NCBI GenBank assembly: GCA_028284545.1 | Contig: JANQRN010000248.1 | Location: forward strand, 1-60,624 | Reading direction: 5' to 3' | DNA from: Rhodothermales bacterium | Lineage (GTDB): Bacteria > Bacteroidota > Rhodothermia > Rhodothermales > JABDKH01 | DNA length: 60,624 nucleotides | Shown: in pieces, positions 27,243 through 36,779 of the stretch | Numbering within the stretch: position 1 is the first letter of the stretch | Layout: the number at the start of each line of letters is the position of its first letter | Notes under the pieces: generated by a model | Databases searched by the model: none | What the model was told of the DNA's origin: nothing | Seen by the model: the letters and a program-made list of their open reading frames with translations, nothing else | Translations under genes and position numbers: made by a program

Positions 27243-28493
27243 ATGCCTGTTTACATCGTAACTGTCGGCGACGAGCTGTTGCTCGGCGACACGGTGAATA
27301 CGAACGCTGCCTGGCTAGGCCAGCGTCTCACCGATGCGGGTCTCGCCGTGAGGGGGGCGTCAACAGTACCCGACGTGATGGGTGAAATTGTAGAGGCGAT
27401 CAGGCACGCGGTCCAGCGCGCGAGCCTGGTGATTGTTACTGGCGGACTCGGGCCGACGCACGATGACCTGACACGCGACGCGGTTGCGGAGGTCTTCGGC
27501 AAAGAACTGGAGTTTCACGAGAGCTGGTTCAGAGTGGTAGAGCGAGCGTTTGCCAGTCGCGGATGGTCGGTCCCGGAAGCGAATCGCTCGCAGGCAATGG
27601 TTCCCAGCGGATTTGAGATCATGCGTAATGACTTCGGAACGGCTCCCGGACTCTTCTACACGCATGATGAGGATGGTCGTGAGGTTGATGTTGCCGTCCT
27701 GCCCGGGGTTCCAAGGGAGATGAAGCACCTCGTGGAAGACCGACTCCTCGCCCGACTCGGAAAGCAGGAGAAGAGTGTCCGTGCCGTCGTGCACATTGGA
27801 ACGGCTGGAATTGGCGAGTCGCATCTGCAAGAGCTACTCGGTGACCTCTCGCCGTTTCTTGATCATGGCGCTTCGCTCGCTTACCTGCCGTCGCTCAACG
27901 GGATGCGACTTCGCGTAACAGGAACCGGTTCGAGCCAGGAAGCAGCTGGAGAACAGGCGGCCGCCCTTGTTGACGTAATTGACGAGCGAGCCGGGCGCTA
28001 CGTATTCAGCCACAATGGATTGACGCTTGAGGCAGCAGTCGGCCAACTGTTGCTCGAGCGAGGGATGACCGTGGCGTTGGCAGAGAGCTGCACCGGTGGA
28101 CGCGTCGCAGATCGGTTGACAAATGTGCCCGGCTCGTCTGAATACGTGAGGGGTGGGGTTGTAGCGTACTGCAACAGCGTAAAGGTTGCTGCCCTTGGAG
28201 TCCAGGAAGACTCGTTGGACGATCACGGGTCCGTGTCTGAGGCCGTTGCGGCCGAGATGGCGGCGGGAGTTCGCGAACGACTCGGTGCCGACATCGGTCT
28301 TTCGTCGACCGGCATAATGGGGCCTGGTGGCGGCACACGAGAGAAGCCGGTTGGTACCGTATGGGTTGGCGTCTCGGACGCCCGTGGAACAGAAACGAGG
28401 CTCTTGACGCTGGGTGCGGGTCGTGAGGACAACAAGAAGCGGGCGGCCACGGCAGTGCTTGATCTGCTGCGTCGACGACTGATCGGTATCTGA
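27243..28493 (+). CDS. cinA: Competence/damage-inducible protein A (MoCF-like domain plus NMN deamidase PncC domain)
   Basis: GDELLLGDTVNTN, GGLGPTHDDLT, AESCTGG, STGIMGPGG; located upstream of recA. Confidence 0.93.
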   Translation: MPVYIVTVGDELLLGDTVNTNAAWLGQRLTDAGLAVRGASTVPDVMGEIVEAIRHAVQRASLVIVTGGLGPTHDDLTRDAVAEVFGKELEFHESWFRVVERAFASRGWSVPEANRSQAMVPSGFEIMRNDFGTAPGLFYTHDEDGREVDVAVLPGVPREMKHLVEDRLLARLGKQEKSVRAVVHIGTAGIGESHLQELLGDLSPFLDHGASLAYLPSLNGMRLRVTGTGSSQEAAGEQAAALVDVIDERAGRYVFSHNGLTLEAAVGQLLLERGMTVALAESCTGGRVADRLTNVPGSSEYVRGGVVAYCNSVKVAALGVQEDSLDDHGSVSEAVAAEMAAGVRERLGADIGLSSTGIMGPGGGTREKPVGTVWVGVSDARGTETRLLTLGAGREDNKKRAATAVLDLLRRRLIGI

Positions 28494-28851
28494 TCGCGTC
28501 TGGTAATTCTGCTGGCCGTGGTTATATTATGTGCGGTATATGTGTCATAGTGTCGGGCTATGCACAGAATCCTTGGCCTGCAAACTCGTTGCAGACGATT
28601 TCGGGCCTATGACACACCGGTGTCACTTGTTCGGTCTATCATTTTAGGGCGCGGGAGACTCGCCAAATTGATGGCCGTCACCGACGAACGTCGGTCGATA
28701 CGCCTGTATGGGCTACCGTCCACGTGTTCGGAGCATGTATTCGGAGCGGCCAGACGCGCCGCGGATCATAGCCACCACATAACTACCTAACACGGAGAAC
28801 CCGAACCCACCGCTCGGTGGGCAGGGCTACTCAGACAACGAATACGCGACA

Positions 28852-29967
28852 ATGGGAAAAAACACTGGAAGTGCGACGCGCGGAACGAGCCCGGGGAACG
28901 TGACCTCAGAGAGTGCGAAGCTGAAGGCACTTGATCTGGCGATGAAGCAGATCGAGAAGAACTACGGAAAAGGTTCGATCATGCGGCTCGGTGATGCCCC
29001 GCCGTTGCTCGTTGATGCCATCCCGACAGGTTCACTCGCCCTGGATGCGGCGCTCGGCATCGGCGGCGTTCCACGTGGGCGTGTCGTGGAGATCTACGGA
29101 CCCGAGTCTTCGGGAAAGACTACACTCGCCACACAGATCATAGCGGAAGCGCAGCGACTTGGCGGAACGTGTGCGTTCATAGACGCTGAACATGCGTTCG
29201 ATGCGACCTACGGTGAAAAACTTGGCGTAGACATTGAGACACTTCTCGTGTCCCAGCCCGACACCGGTGAGCAGGCGCTAAACATTTGCGACACGCTGGT
29301 GCGAAGTGGCGCCCTGGATGTCATCGTCATCGACTCGGTAGCAGCGCTTGTGCCCCAGGCCGAGATCGAGGGTGAGATGGGCGACAGCCATGTCGGTCTC
29401 CAGGCGCGCCTGATGAGTCAGGCGCTGAGAAAGCTTACCGGTAACCTGAACCGCACAAAAACCTGTCTGGTCTTTATCAACCAGATACGAGAGAAAATCG
29501 GTGTCATGTTCGGGAGCCCGGAGACGACGAGTGGCGGACGGGCGTTGAAGTTCTATTCATCGGTACGACTGGACATCAGGCGGATCGGAGCCATCAAGGA
29601 CGGTACGGAGGTCGTTGGTAACCGAACGCGCGTAAAAGTCGTCAAGAACAAGGTTGCCCCGCCGTTCCGCCAGGCCGAGTTCGATATCATCTATGGAGAA
29701 GGAGTCTCCTCGCTGGGCGAACTCGTCGATCTGGCTGTGGAAAACGACGTGCTTCAGAAAAGCGGATCGTGGTATGCCTATGGCGATATCAAGGTGGGAC
29801 AGGGCCGCGATGCCGCAAAGGCGTGGTTGCAGGACAACGACACCTACAGAGACGAGGTGATGCATCGCGTAAAGGTCGCGATTGGGATGATTGTCGAACC
29901 CGTGGAGGTTACAAGCGATCCAGACGGAATGCCTAAGAAGACCAATGGCGTTGCCATCACAGTCTAG
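28852..29967 (+). CDS. recA: Recombinase RecA
   Basis: [35 protein letters not shown]. Confidence 0.99.
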   Translation: MGKNTGSATRGTSPGNVTSESAKLKALDLAMKQIEKNYGKGSIMRLGDAPPLLVDAIPTGSLALDAALGIGGVPRGRVVEIYGPESSGKTTLATQIIAEAQRLGGTCAFIDAEHAFDATYGEKLGVDIETLLVSQPDTGEQALNICDTLVRSGALDVIVIDSVAALVPQAEIEGEMGDSHVGLQARLMSQALRKLTGNLNRTKTCLVFINQIREKIGVMFGSPETTSGGRALKFYSSVRLDIRRIGAIKDGTEVVGNRTRVKVVKNKVAPPFRQAEFDIIYGEGVSSLGELVDLAVENDVLQKSGSWYAYGDIKVGQGRDAAKAWLQDNDTYRDEVMHRVKVAIGMIVEPVEVTSDPDGMPKKTNGVAITV

Positions 29968-29979
29968 GCACGAGTGAAG

Positions 29980-30011
29980 TTTGACAAGCGACCCACTTCG
30001 AGCTATCTTTG
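29980..30011 (+). promoter_or_regulatory. Promoter of tRNA-fMet
   Basis: TTGACA-N17-TATCTT; also contains TTTG and TATCTTTG (TAnnTTTG); 12 nt upstream of the tRNA. Confidence 0.7.
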
Positions 30012-30023
30012 CGGCCCTAACAT

Positions 30024-30096
30024 CGCGGGGTGGAGCAGCTGGTAGCTCACCGGGCTCATAACCCGGAGGTCGCGGGTTCGAATCCCGCCCCCGCTA
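30024..30096 (+). tRNA. tRNA-fMet (initiator, anticodon CAT); CCA not encoded
   Basis: CGCGGGG/CCCCGCT acceptor stem with a 1:72 mismatch, CCGGG-CTCATAA-CCCGG anticodon arm with three G-C pairs, GTTCGAATC T-loop. Confidence 0.97.
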
Positions 30097-30100
30097 CAGG

Positions 30101-30133
30101 AAAAAGGGCGCGACAATGGTCGTGCCCTTTTTT
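30101..30133 (+). terminator. Rho-independent terminator after the tRNA
   Basis: AAAAAGGGCGCGAC-AATG-GTCGTGCCCTTTTTT. Confidence 0.85.
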
Positions 30134-30216
30134 ACTTTCAGGCTCTACGCAACTGTCCGATCGATCTCAATCATCGGTGGGCCATTTGCCCAACTCACAA
30201 CCAGATACTGTGCGGG

Positions 30217-31416
30217 ATGGCAATTCTTCACCCGTTCCCGGCCGTACGGCCAACTGCCTCATCAGCGGCGGAAGTCGCTAGCGTCCCATACGACGTAATC
30301 AGCGTCGCGGAGGCACGAGATCTCGCCGAGGGCAACAGCGCAAGCTTCCTCCACGTCATTCGCCCTGAGATCGACCTTCCACTGGGTACCGACGAGCATG
30401 ATGATGCCGTTTACGCGACAGGTGCCCGCAATCTGCGGGCTTTTGTTGCGGCGGACTACACCGTAGTAGACCCTCCGAGTCTGTATGTATATCGCCTCAC
30501 CATGGACGGGCGGTCGCAGACTGGCGTATTCGGGTGTGTTGCGGTTGCCGACTATGACAACGACGTTATCCTCAAGCACGAGAAGACGCGTCCAGACAAA
30601 GAGGACGATCGCACGCGACACATTCTCGAGCAACGCGCCCACGCTGAGCCGGTGATGTTGACGTACAAGGACGTGCCGGCTATCGCTGCGATAATGGAAG
30701 ACTCGATGGCGACCGCCCCACTCGTTTCGTTCGTTGCGCCAGACAACGTCGAACATACCGTGTGGTCGGTTCCTGATGTTGAGGCACTCGTGTCGGCGTT
30801 CGCCGATGTTCCCTCGCTGTACGTAGCCGACGGACACCACCGCTGCAAGGCGGCAAGTCGGGCCGCCGACGATCTCGGGGCTACCGCTGCGGATGAAGCG
30901 AGCTATTTCCCGGCTGTGCTTTTCCCAATGGGCGACTTGAGGATCCTCTCGTACAACCGGGTCATCAAGAACAGCGACAAGTCGGCTTCCGAGATTCTGG
31001 CGGCCGTTCGCGAACGTCTTTCGATTATCGATCATGCACCCGCCCGTCCGGCCAGCGCAGGGCAGGTCTCGCTTTATGCGGATGGCAAATGGCATGGCAT
31101 TCTGCTCCCGCCGTCAACCCGCGACGGCGCAGCCGACCGTCTGGACGTAGCCAGGCTAGGCGAACACTTTCTGGAGCCAATACTGGGCATTACAGATCCG
31201 CGACGCGATCCCCGAATCGGGTTCGTCGGAGGCATACGAGGAACGACCGCATTGGAGGATGCGGTAGACAACGGCGACGCCGTCGTCGCTATTTCAATGT
31301 ACCCGACGTCGATCGAAGAACTGGTCGCCGTCTCTGACGCCGGACTCCTCATGCCACCCAAGTCGACCTGGTTTGAACCCAAACTTCGATCTGGCCTTCT
31401 GGTGCATCCTTTCTGA
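30217..31416 (+). CDS. DUF1015 family protein
   Basis: PYDV, KHEKTRPDKEDDR, YVADGHHR, MPPKSTWFEPKLRSGL; first gene of the serA-serC unit. Confidence 0.88.
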   Translation: MAILHPFPAVRPTASSAAEVASVPYDVISVAEARDLAEGNSASFLHVIRPEIDLPLGTDEHDDAVYATGARNLRAFVAADYTVVDPPSLYVYRLTMDGRSQTGVFGCVAVADYDNDVILKHEKTRPDKEDDRTRHILEQRAHAEPVMLTYKDVPAIAAIMEDSMATAPLVSFVAPDNVEHTVWSVPDVEALVSAFADVPSLYVADGHHRCKAASRAADDLGATAADEASYFPAVLFPMGDLRILSYNRVIKNSDKSASEILAAVRERLSIIDHAPARPASAGQVSLYADGKWHGILLPPSTRDGAADRLDVARLGEHFLEPILGITDPRRDPRIGFVGGIRGTTALEDAVDNGDAVVAISMYPTSIEELVAVSDAGLLMPPKSTWFEPKLRSGLLVHPF

Positions 31417-31428
31417 AATACTCGTCAC

Positions 31429-32631
31429 ATGAAAGTCCTAGTTGCCGACAAGCTATCCGATTCTTTCCTGCAACGCCTGTCAGATGCAGGTGTCGACGTT
31501 ATTGCTGAGCCAAAGGCAACCGGCGAGTCGCTTGTCGAGGCGCTTGACAACAACAACCCCGGCGTGTTGGTCGTAAGATCGACCAAGGTGCCAGATGCGG
31601 CGCTTTCGGCCGCACCGGCGCTGGAGCTTGTCGTGAGGGCTGGCGCCGGCTATGACAACGTCGACGTCACCGCCGCGTCAGCCAAGGGGATCTTCGTCGC
31701 AAACTGCCCGGGAAAGAACGCCACCGCCGTAGCCGAACTTACACTCGGCCTCATTCTCTCGCTTGACCGATTCCTCCCGGACAATGTCGCCGACGCACGG
31801 TCGGGCGTCTGGAACAAGGCTCGCTACGCCAAGGCCCAAGGACTGAAAGGCCGAACGCTAGGCCTGATCGGTCTTGGCAATATCGGGACCGAGGTTGCTG
31901 AGCGCGCCATCGCGTTCGGAATGCGAGTGGTCGCCTGGAGTCGCTCACTCACTCCGGCTCGCGCAAAGAAGCTGGGAGTTGAGTACGCCGCGACGCCGCT
32001 CGAAGTGGCCCAAACGGCTGACATCGTAAGCGTCCACGTCTCGGCGAACCCGGAAACGCGAGGCCTAATCAACAAGGAGTTCTTCGGCGCTATGCAGGAG
32101 GGCGCCTACTTTGTCAACACGACACGCAGCTCCGTGGTTGACGAGTCGGCCCTGCTCGCCGCGCTTGACGCAAAGTCCATCAGGGCGGCGCTCGATGTAT
32201 TTGAGGGAGAGCCGGCGGCAAAGGATGGATCACTGGAAGCGGCCATCGCCCGGCATCCCGCGGTATACCTGTCGCACCACATCGGTGCGTCAACCGCGCA
32301 GGCGCAGGAGGCGATTGCAGCGGAGGCGGCGCGGGTAGTACTGGAGTTCAAAGACTCGGGTGAGGTACCCAATTGTGTGAACATCGCCGAGCATACGCCG
32401 GCCACCCATCAGATCACGATACGCCACCTTGATCGCGTCGGTGTCCTTGCACGGGTGCTAAATGAGATGAGTAAGGCCGGATGGAACGTCCAGGAAATGG
32501 AGAATCTCGTGTTCGAAGGCGCAGTGGCAGCGTGCGCGCGGATACGATTTGACGGTCAGCCGGATCAGTCAGCCGTAGACCGTATCGGTACGCTCGATGA
32601 CGTACTGGCGGTAACACTCATAAGACTATAA
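31429..32631 (+). CDS. serA: D-3-phosphoglycerate dehydrogenase with C-terminal ACT-like domain
   Basis: RAGAGYDNVD, GLIGLGNIG, ALDVFEGEP, HIGAST. Confidence 0.85.
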   Translation: MKVLVADKLSDSFLQRLSDAGVDVIAEPKATGESLVEALDNNNPGVLVVRSTKVPDAALSAAPALELVVRAGAGYDNVDVTAASAKGIFVANCPGKNATAVAELTLGLILSLDRFLPDNVADARSGVWNKARYAKAQGLKGRTLGLIGLGNIGTEVAERAIAFGMRVVAWSRSLTPARAKKLGVEYAATPLEVAQTADIVSVHVSANPETRGLINKEFFGAMQEGAYFVNTTRSSVVDESALLAALDAKSIRAALDVFEGEPAAKDGSLEAAIARHPAVYLSHHIGASTAQAQEAIAAEAARVVLEFKDSGEVPNCVNIAEHTPATHQITIRHLDRVGVLARVLNEMSKAGWNVQEMENLVFEGAVAACARIRFDGQPDQSAVDRIGTLDDVLAVTLIRL

Positions 32632-32644
32632 ACATCACGTCAGC

Positions 32645-33721
32645 ATGCCTTCCAGACAGCACAACTTCTCGGCTGGGCCAGCCGCCCTGCCGCTTTCGGT
32701 AATTGAGGAGGTAAAGTCCGAGCTACCTACGTACGCGGACGCCGGTGCGTCCGTCATGGAGATCAGCCATCGATCTCCTCAGTACACCGCAATAGCTGCG
32801 TCCGCAGTTAGTCTGCTAAGAGAGTTGCTTGGCCTGACGGACGAGTGGCACGTACTCTTTTTGCAGGGCGGTGCCTCCATGCAGTTCTATCAGGTACCAC
32901 TGAACTTTCTCGGTGACGGATCAACAGCCGACTACGTGAATACGGGCGCATGGTCGGCAAAAGCTATTGCTCAGGCCAGGGCGGTGGGGAAGACGGCCGT
33001 TGTTGCATCATCCGAGGAATCTGGTTTCGATCATATTCCCGCAGTGGGCGACTGGAGTCGTTCCGACAACGTCGCGTACACGCATATCACGACGAATAAC
33101 ACGATATACGGGACCCGGTTCAGCGGCGACCCCGACGTCGCTGCGCCAATCGTCGCCGATATGTCAAGCGACTTTCTGAGCAGACCGATTAATCTCGATC
33201 GCTACGGCTTGATCTACGCCGGTGCTCAGAAGAACCTCGGCCCAGCTGGAGTCACCATCGTCTTGCTGCGCGATTACCTGCTTCAGCGCAGGCGAGAGGG
33301 CGTTCCGACGATGCTTGATTATGGAACACACGCCGCCAAGCTCTTCAACACGCCGCCTGTGTTTGCCGTGTATATCGTAGAGAAGGTACTGAGATGGATC
33401 AAGGCGGGCGGCGGACTTGCGGCTATGGCCGAGCGAAACGAAGAAAAGGCGGGGCTTCTCTACGACAGGATCGACGCGAGCGGGTTCTACCGCGGAGTTG
33501 CCCGGCTGGAGGATCGATCGAGAATGAACGTGACCTTTCGCCTGCCGTCAGAAGATCTTGAGAAGGAGTTCGTCGCCGGCGCGGCCGAGCGCGGGCTTCG
33601 GTCGCTCAAGGGTCACAGGTCCGCCGGCGGAGTTCGCGCGAGTATTTACAACGCGTGCCCGCAGGAGTCAGTGGAGGCGCTCGTGAGTTTCATGTCCGAG
33701 TTCGAAGGTCAAAACGGTTAA
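32645..33721 (+). CDS. serC: Phosphoserine aminotransferase
   Basis: NFSAGPA, EISHRS, GAQKNLGP, NTPP, GHRS.GG.RASIYN. Confidence 0.96.
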   Translation: MPSRQHNFSAGPAALPLSVIEEVKSELPTYADAGASVMEISHRSPQYTAIAASAVSLLRELLGLTDEWHVLFLQGGASMQFYQVPLNFLGDGSTADYVNTGAWSAKAIAQARAVGKTAVVASSEESGFDHIPAVGDWSRSDNVAYTHITTNNTIYGTRFSGDPDVAAPIVADMSSDFLSRPINLDRYGLIYAGAQKNLGPAGVTIVLLRDYLLQRRREGVPTMLDYGTHAAKLFNTPPVFAVYIVEKVLRWIKAGGGLAAMAERNEEKAGLLYDRIDASGFYRGVARLEDRSRMNVTFRLPSEDLEKEFVAGAAERGLRSLKGHRSAGGVRASIYNACPQESVEALVSFMSEFEGQNG

Positions 33722-33734
33722 GATCGTCGCGGCA

Positions 33735-33763
33735 TTGCAAGGCTGGTGCGCGGTTGTTATATA
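33735..33763 (+). promoter_or_regulatory. Candidate sigma70 promoter of the pnt operon
   Basis: TTGCAA-N17-TATATA with a TG extension. Confidence 0.45.
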
Positions 33764-33794
33764 AGGCCGTCAATCTCGACAAAGCACTGCGCTG

Positions 33795-34937
33795 ATGGCG
33801 ACAAGAGTTGGTATTCCGCGAGAGACGGCGAGCGGAGAAACACGTGTAGCGACCGTCCCAGATGTTGTTGCGCGGCTGGTCAAGAAAGGTCTCTCGGTTG
33901 TTATAGAGACCGGGGCTGGCGAAGCCTCGTTCTATCCCGACGATGCGTACAGGGAGAAGGGTGCCGAGGTGGCAGATCGCAGTGCGGTGTTTGCCTGCGA
34001 TGTAATCGCCAAGGTCGCGCCGCCCACCGACGCCGAAATCGACCAGTTGTCCGCTGGCAAAACGCTGATCGGATTTCTGGGACCGCTCGACGAGCCCGAA
34101 CGAAGCAGGAAACTCGCTGATGCTGGAGTGACCGCACTCAGTATGGAGTTGGTCCCGAGAATCTCGCGGGCGCAGAAGATGGATGCACTTTCAGCCATGG
34201 CGAATATCGCCGGATACAAGGCGGTCTTGCTGGCCTCGGCTGAGTTGCCCCGCTACTTCCCGCTCCTGACGACAGCAGCGGGCACGGTGAAGCCGGCAAA
34301 CGCCCTCGTTCTTGGCGCCGGGGTCGCTGGCTTGCAGGCGATTGCGACTGCACGTCGTCTCGGAGCCCGGGTATCCGCCTACGATATACGCGATGCGGTC
34401 AAGGAGCAGGTCGAAAGTCTTGGCGCGACGTTCGTGGAGCTCGAGTTGGAGACGAAAGAGATGGAGGACAAGAGCGGCTACGCCAAGGCGCTCGACGAAG
34501 AAAAGGCCCGCCGGCAGACCGAGCTGCTTGTCCCCGCCATCGCGAAGTCAGACGTTGTAATTACGACGGCCCTCATTCCAGGGCGACCGGCACCGGTTCT
34601 CATAACGAAGGAAGCCGTTGCTGCGATGAAACCAGGTTCTGTCATCGTTGACCTGGCGGCTCCAAACGGCGGCAACTGCGAACTCACAGAGCCGGGGCAG
34701 ACGACCACAACGGCCAACCAGGTCAAGATTCTGGCGCCGCTGAATATTCCGGCGTCCGTCGCCGCTCACGGAAGTGAGCTCTATGCGCGCACGATAATGG
34801 AGATGCTGTTCGAGATGATGGGCGAAGACGGAACCGTTTCCGTTGACCTTGAGAACGATGTCATCGGCGGCGCGTGCGTCACCAATGGCGGCCAGGTTGT
34901 TCACGAGCGAGTTTCAGGCCTCCTGGCGCAAGCATAA
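33795..34937 (+). CDS. pntA: NAD(P) transhydrogenase subunit alpha part 1
   Basis: GETRVA, RAQKMDALS, GAGVAGLQA, TALIPG. Confidence 0.95.
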   Translation: MATRVGIPRETASGETRVATVPDVVARLVKKGLSVVIETGAGEASFYPDDAYREKGAEVADRSAVFACDVIAKVAPPTDAEIDQLSAGKTLIGFLGPLDEPERSRKLADAGVTALSMELVPRISRAQKMDALSAMANIAGYKAVLLASAELPRYFPLLTTAAGTVKPANALVLGAGVAGLQAIATARRLGARVSAYDIRDAVKEQVESLGATFVELELETKEMEDKSGYAKALDEEKARRQTELLVPAIAKSDVVITTALIPGRPAPVLITKEAVAAMKPGSVIVDLAAPNGGNCELTEPGQTTTTANQVKILAPLNIPASVAAHGSELYARTIMEMLFEMMGEDGTVSVDLENDVIGGACVTNGGQVVHERVSGLLAQA

Positions 34938-34949
34938 CAAGAATCACCT

Positions 34950-35234
34950 ATGCTGGAGAATGTCATAGTTTTTGTTTTGGCCGGGTTCATCGGCTTCGAG
35001 GTCATCACCAAGGTGCCGCAGACACTGCACACGCCGCTGATGTCGGGCTCGAATGCCATATCCGGAATTACGATGGTCGGCGCGCTTGTCGGCGCCGGCA
35101 TGGTTGGTGGCACGTGGGGAAAATGGCTCGGCATTGCAGCGCTTATCGTCGCGACGATCAACGTGGTCGGCGGATTCATGGTGACCGACCGGATGTTGCA
35201 GATGTTCAAGAAGAAACCGGCACGCAAGTCGTAG
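34950..35234 (+). CDS. pntA: NAD(P) transhydrogenase subunit alpha part 2
   Basis: LHTPLMSGSNAISG, NVVGGFMVTDRML. Confidence 0.93.
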   Translation: MLENVIVFVLAGFIGFEVITKVPQTLHTPLMSGSNAISGITMVGALVGAGMVGGTWGKWLGIAALIVATINVVGGFMVTDRMLQMFKKKPARKS

Positions 35235-35238
35235 GCTG

Positions 35239-36684
35239 ATGAACGCTGACATTATTGACATCGCCTATCTCGTTGCCGCGATTCTATTCATCTACGGACT
35301 GAAGCGGCTGACGTCTCCAGCTACGGCGCGAGGGGGCAACCAACTTGCGGCTGTAGGAATGTTGATTGCCGTTGCCGCGACGCTCTTCCTTGCCCGCATC
35401 CTGACGCCAATTGAGATGCTCGGCGGACTCGTTGTTGGCGGTGCCATTGGCGCGCTCCTGGCGAGGCGCGTCGAAATGACGGGGATGCCCGAACTGGTGG
35501 CTGCGTTCAATGGGTTTGGCGGCATCGCCTCAGCCCTGGTTGCCGGAGCCGAGGTGATGCGCTACCTCGACCCCGATCCGGCATCAACGATGGCGCTGAA
35601 CCAACTCGGTGTTGGTACGTCTGTCACCGTCGCGCTATCCGTTCTTATTGGTGTGGTCACGTTTTCCGGATCGTTTGTGGCGTTTGGGAAACTATCCGGC
35701 AAGATGTCTGGAAATCCGATCAGTTTTCCGGGGATGCGCTTCTTGACCCTTCTCCTCGCTGTCGGGGTGATCGTCGGGTTCGTTTATCTGGCACTCGGGA
35801 TTGACGCTTTCCCAACAACAGTACCGCCCACGCTCTACGCGCTTGGTGGCATTGCGCTGGCTGCACTTTTCCTAGGTGTTCTCCTCGTGATTCCGATCGG
35901 CGGTGCCGACATGCCGGTCGTCGTCGCGCTGCTCAACTCTTACTCCGGCCTTGCTGCCGCAGCGACTGGATTTGTGCTCGATAATACCGCGCTCATCGTC
36001 AGTGGGGCGCTTGTTGGTGCTTCGGGACTGATTCTGACAATGATCATGTGCGAAGGCATGAACCGGAGCCTGCTAAACGTTCTTCTCGGCGGGTTTGGTG
36101 GTGATGCGGAGGGGGATGGTGCCGTTCCAACGTCAATGGAGGGACTCACGGTAACTGCTACGAGCGCCGAGGACGTGGCCATTCTACTGACCTACTCAGA
36201 GAAAGTGATCGTCGTCCCCGGGTACGGAATGGCCGTTGCGCAGGCGCAGCATCAGGTTCGTGAGCTCGGCGACCTGCTCCTCGAGCAGGGGATTGACGTG
36301 AAGTACGCTGTGCATCCCGTCGCCGGTCGAATGCCTGGTCATATGAACGTGCTCCTTGCGGAAGCGAACGTCTCTTATGACCTGTTATTTGAGATGGACG
36401 ACATTAACGGAGAATTCGATAGTACAGACGTAGTACTCGTAGTGGGCGCCAATGATGTCGTTAACCCTGCCGCGCGGAATAATCCAGCCAGTCCGATCTA
36501 CGGGATGCCTATCCTGAACGTTGACCACGCGCGCAACGTGATTATCTTCAAACGAAGCATGCGGCCGGGCTACTCGGGCATCGAGAACGAGCTGTTCTTC
36601 GCTGACAACACGAAGATGCTCTTCGGTGACGCCAAGGACTCGATGACTTCACTCGTGAGCGAGGTCAAGGAGGCCACCTCCTGA
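35239..36684 (+). CDS. pntB: NAD(P) transhydrogenase subunit beta
   Basis: IGGADMPVVV, PGYGMAVAQAQ, HPVAGRMPGHMNV, GANDVVNPAA. Confidence 0.96.
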   Translation: MNADIIDIAYLVAAILFIYGLKRLTSPATARGGNQLAAVGMLIAVAATLFLARILTPIEMLGGLVVGGAIGALLARRVEMTGMPELVAAFNGFGGIASALVAGAEVMRYLDPDPASTMALNQLGVGTSVTVALSVLIGVVTFSGSFVAFGKLSGKMSGNPISFPGMRFLTLLLAVGVIVGFVYLALGIDAFPTTVPPTLYALGGIALAALFLGVLLVIPIGGADMPVVVALLNSYSGLAAAATGFVLDNTALIVSGALVGASGLILTMIMCEGMNRSLLNVLLGGFGGDAEGDGAVPTSMEGLTVTATSAEDVAILLTYSEKVIVVPGYGMAVAQAQHQVRELGDLLLEQGIDVKYAVHPVAGRMPGHMNVLLAEANVSYDLLFEMDDINGEFDSTDVVLVVGANDVVNPAARNNPASPIYGMPILNVDHARNVIIFKRSMRPGYSGIENELFFADNTKMLFGDAKDSMTSLVSEVKEATS

Positions 36685-36779
36685 TTCGCGGCTGACTGCC
36701 TCCTGTTGCTGATCCGCGACTCGATCTTTAAGTTTGCGCCCAGCAACTACTGCAATTTCAGTCAGTTACGGGCCTCAGT

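Noticed and set aside
28515-28540. Second dif-like site (GTTATATTATGTGC) upstream of recA
   Set aside because: It has only the TTATG half and lacks the ATAA arm 6 bp upstream; it is more likely a -10 region.
30024-30216. tRNA as an integration site for the recombinase
   Set aside because: The tRNA is followed by its terminator and core ser genes; no duplicated tRNA 3' end was seen near 44-52 kb.
30030-30281. 83-aa ORF MEQLVAHRAHNPEV...
   Set aside because: It is a translation of the tRNA-fMet gene and its terminator.
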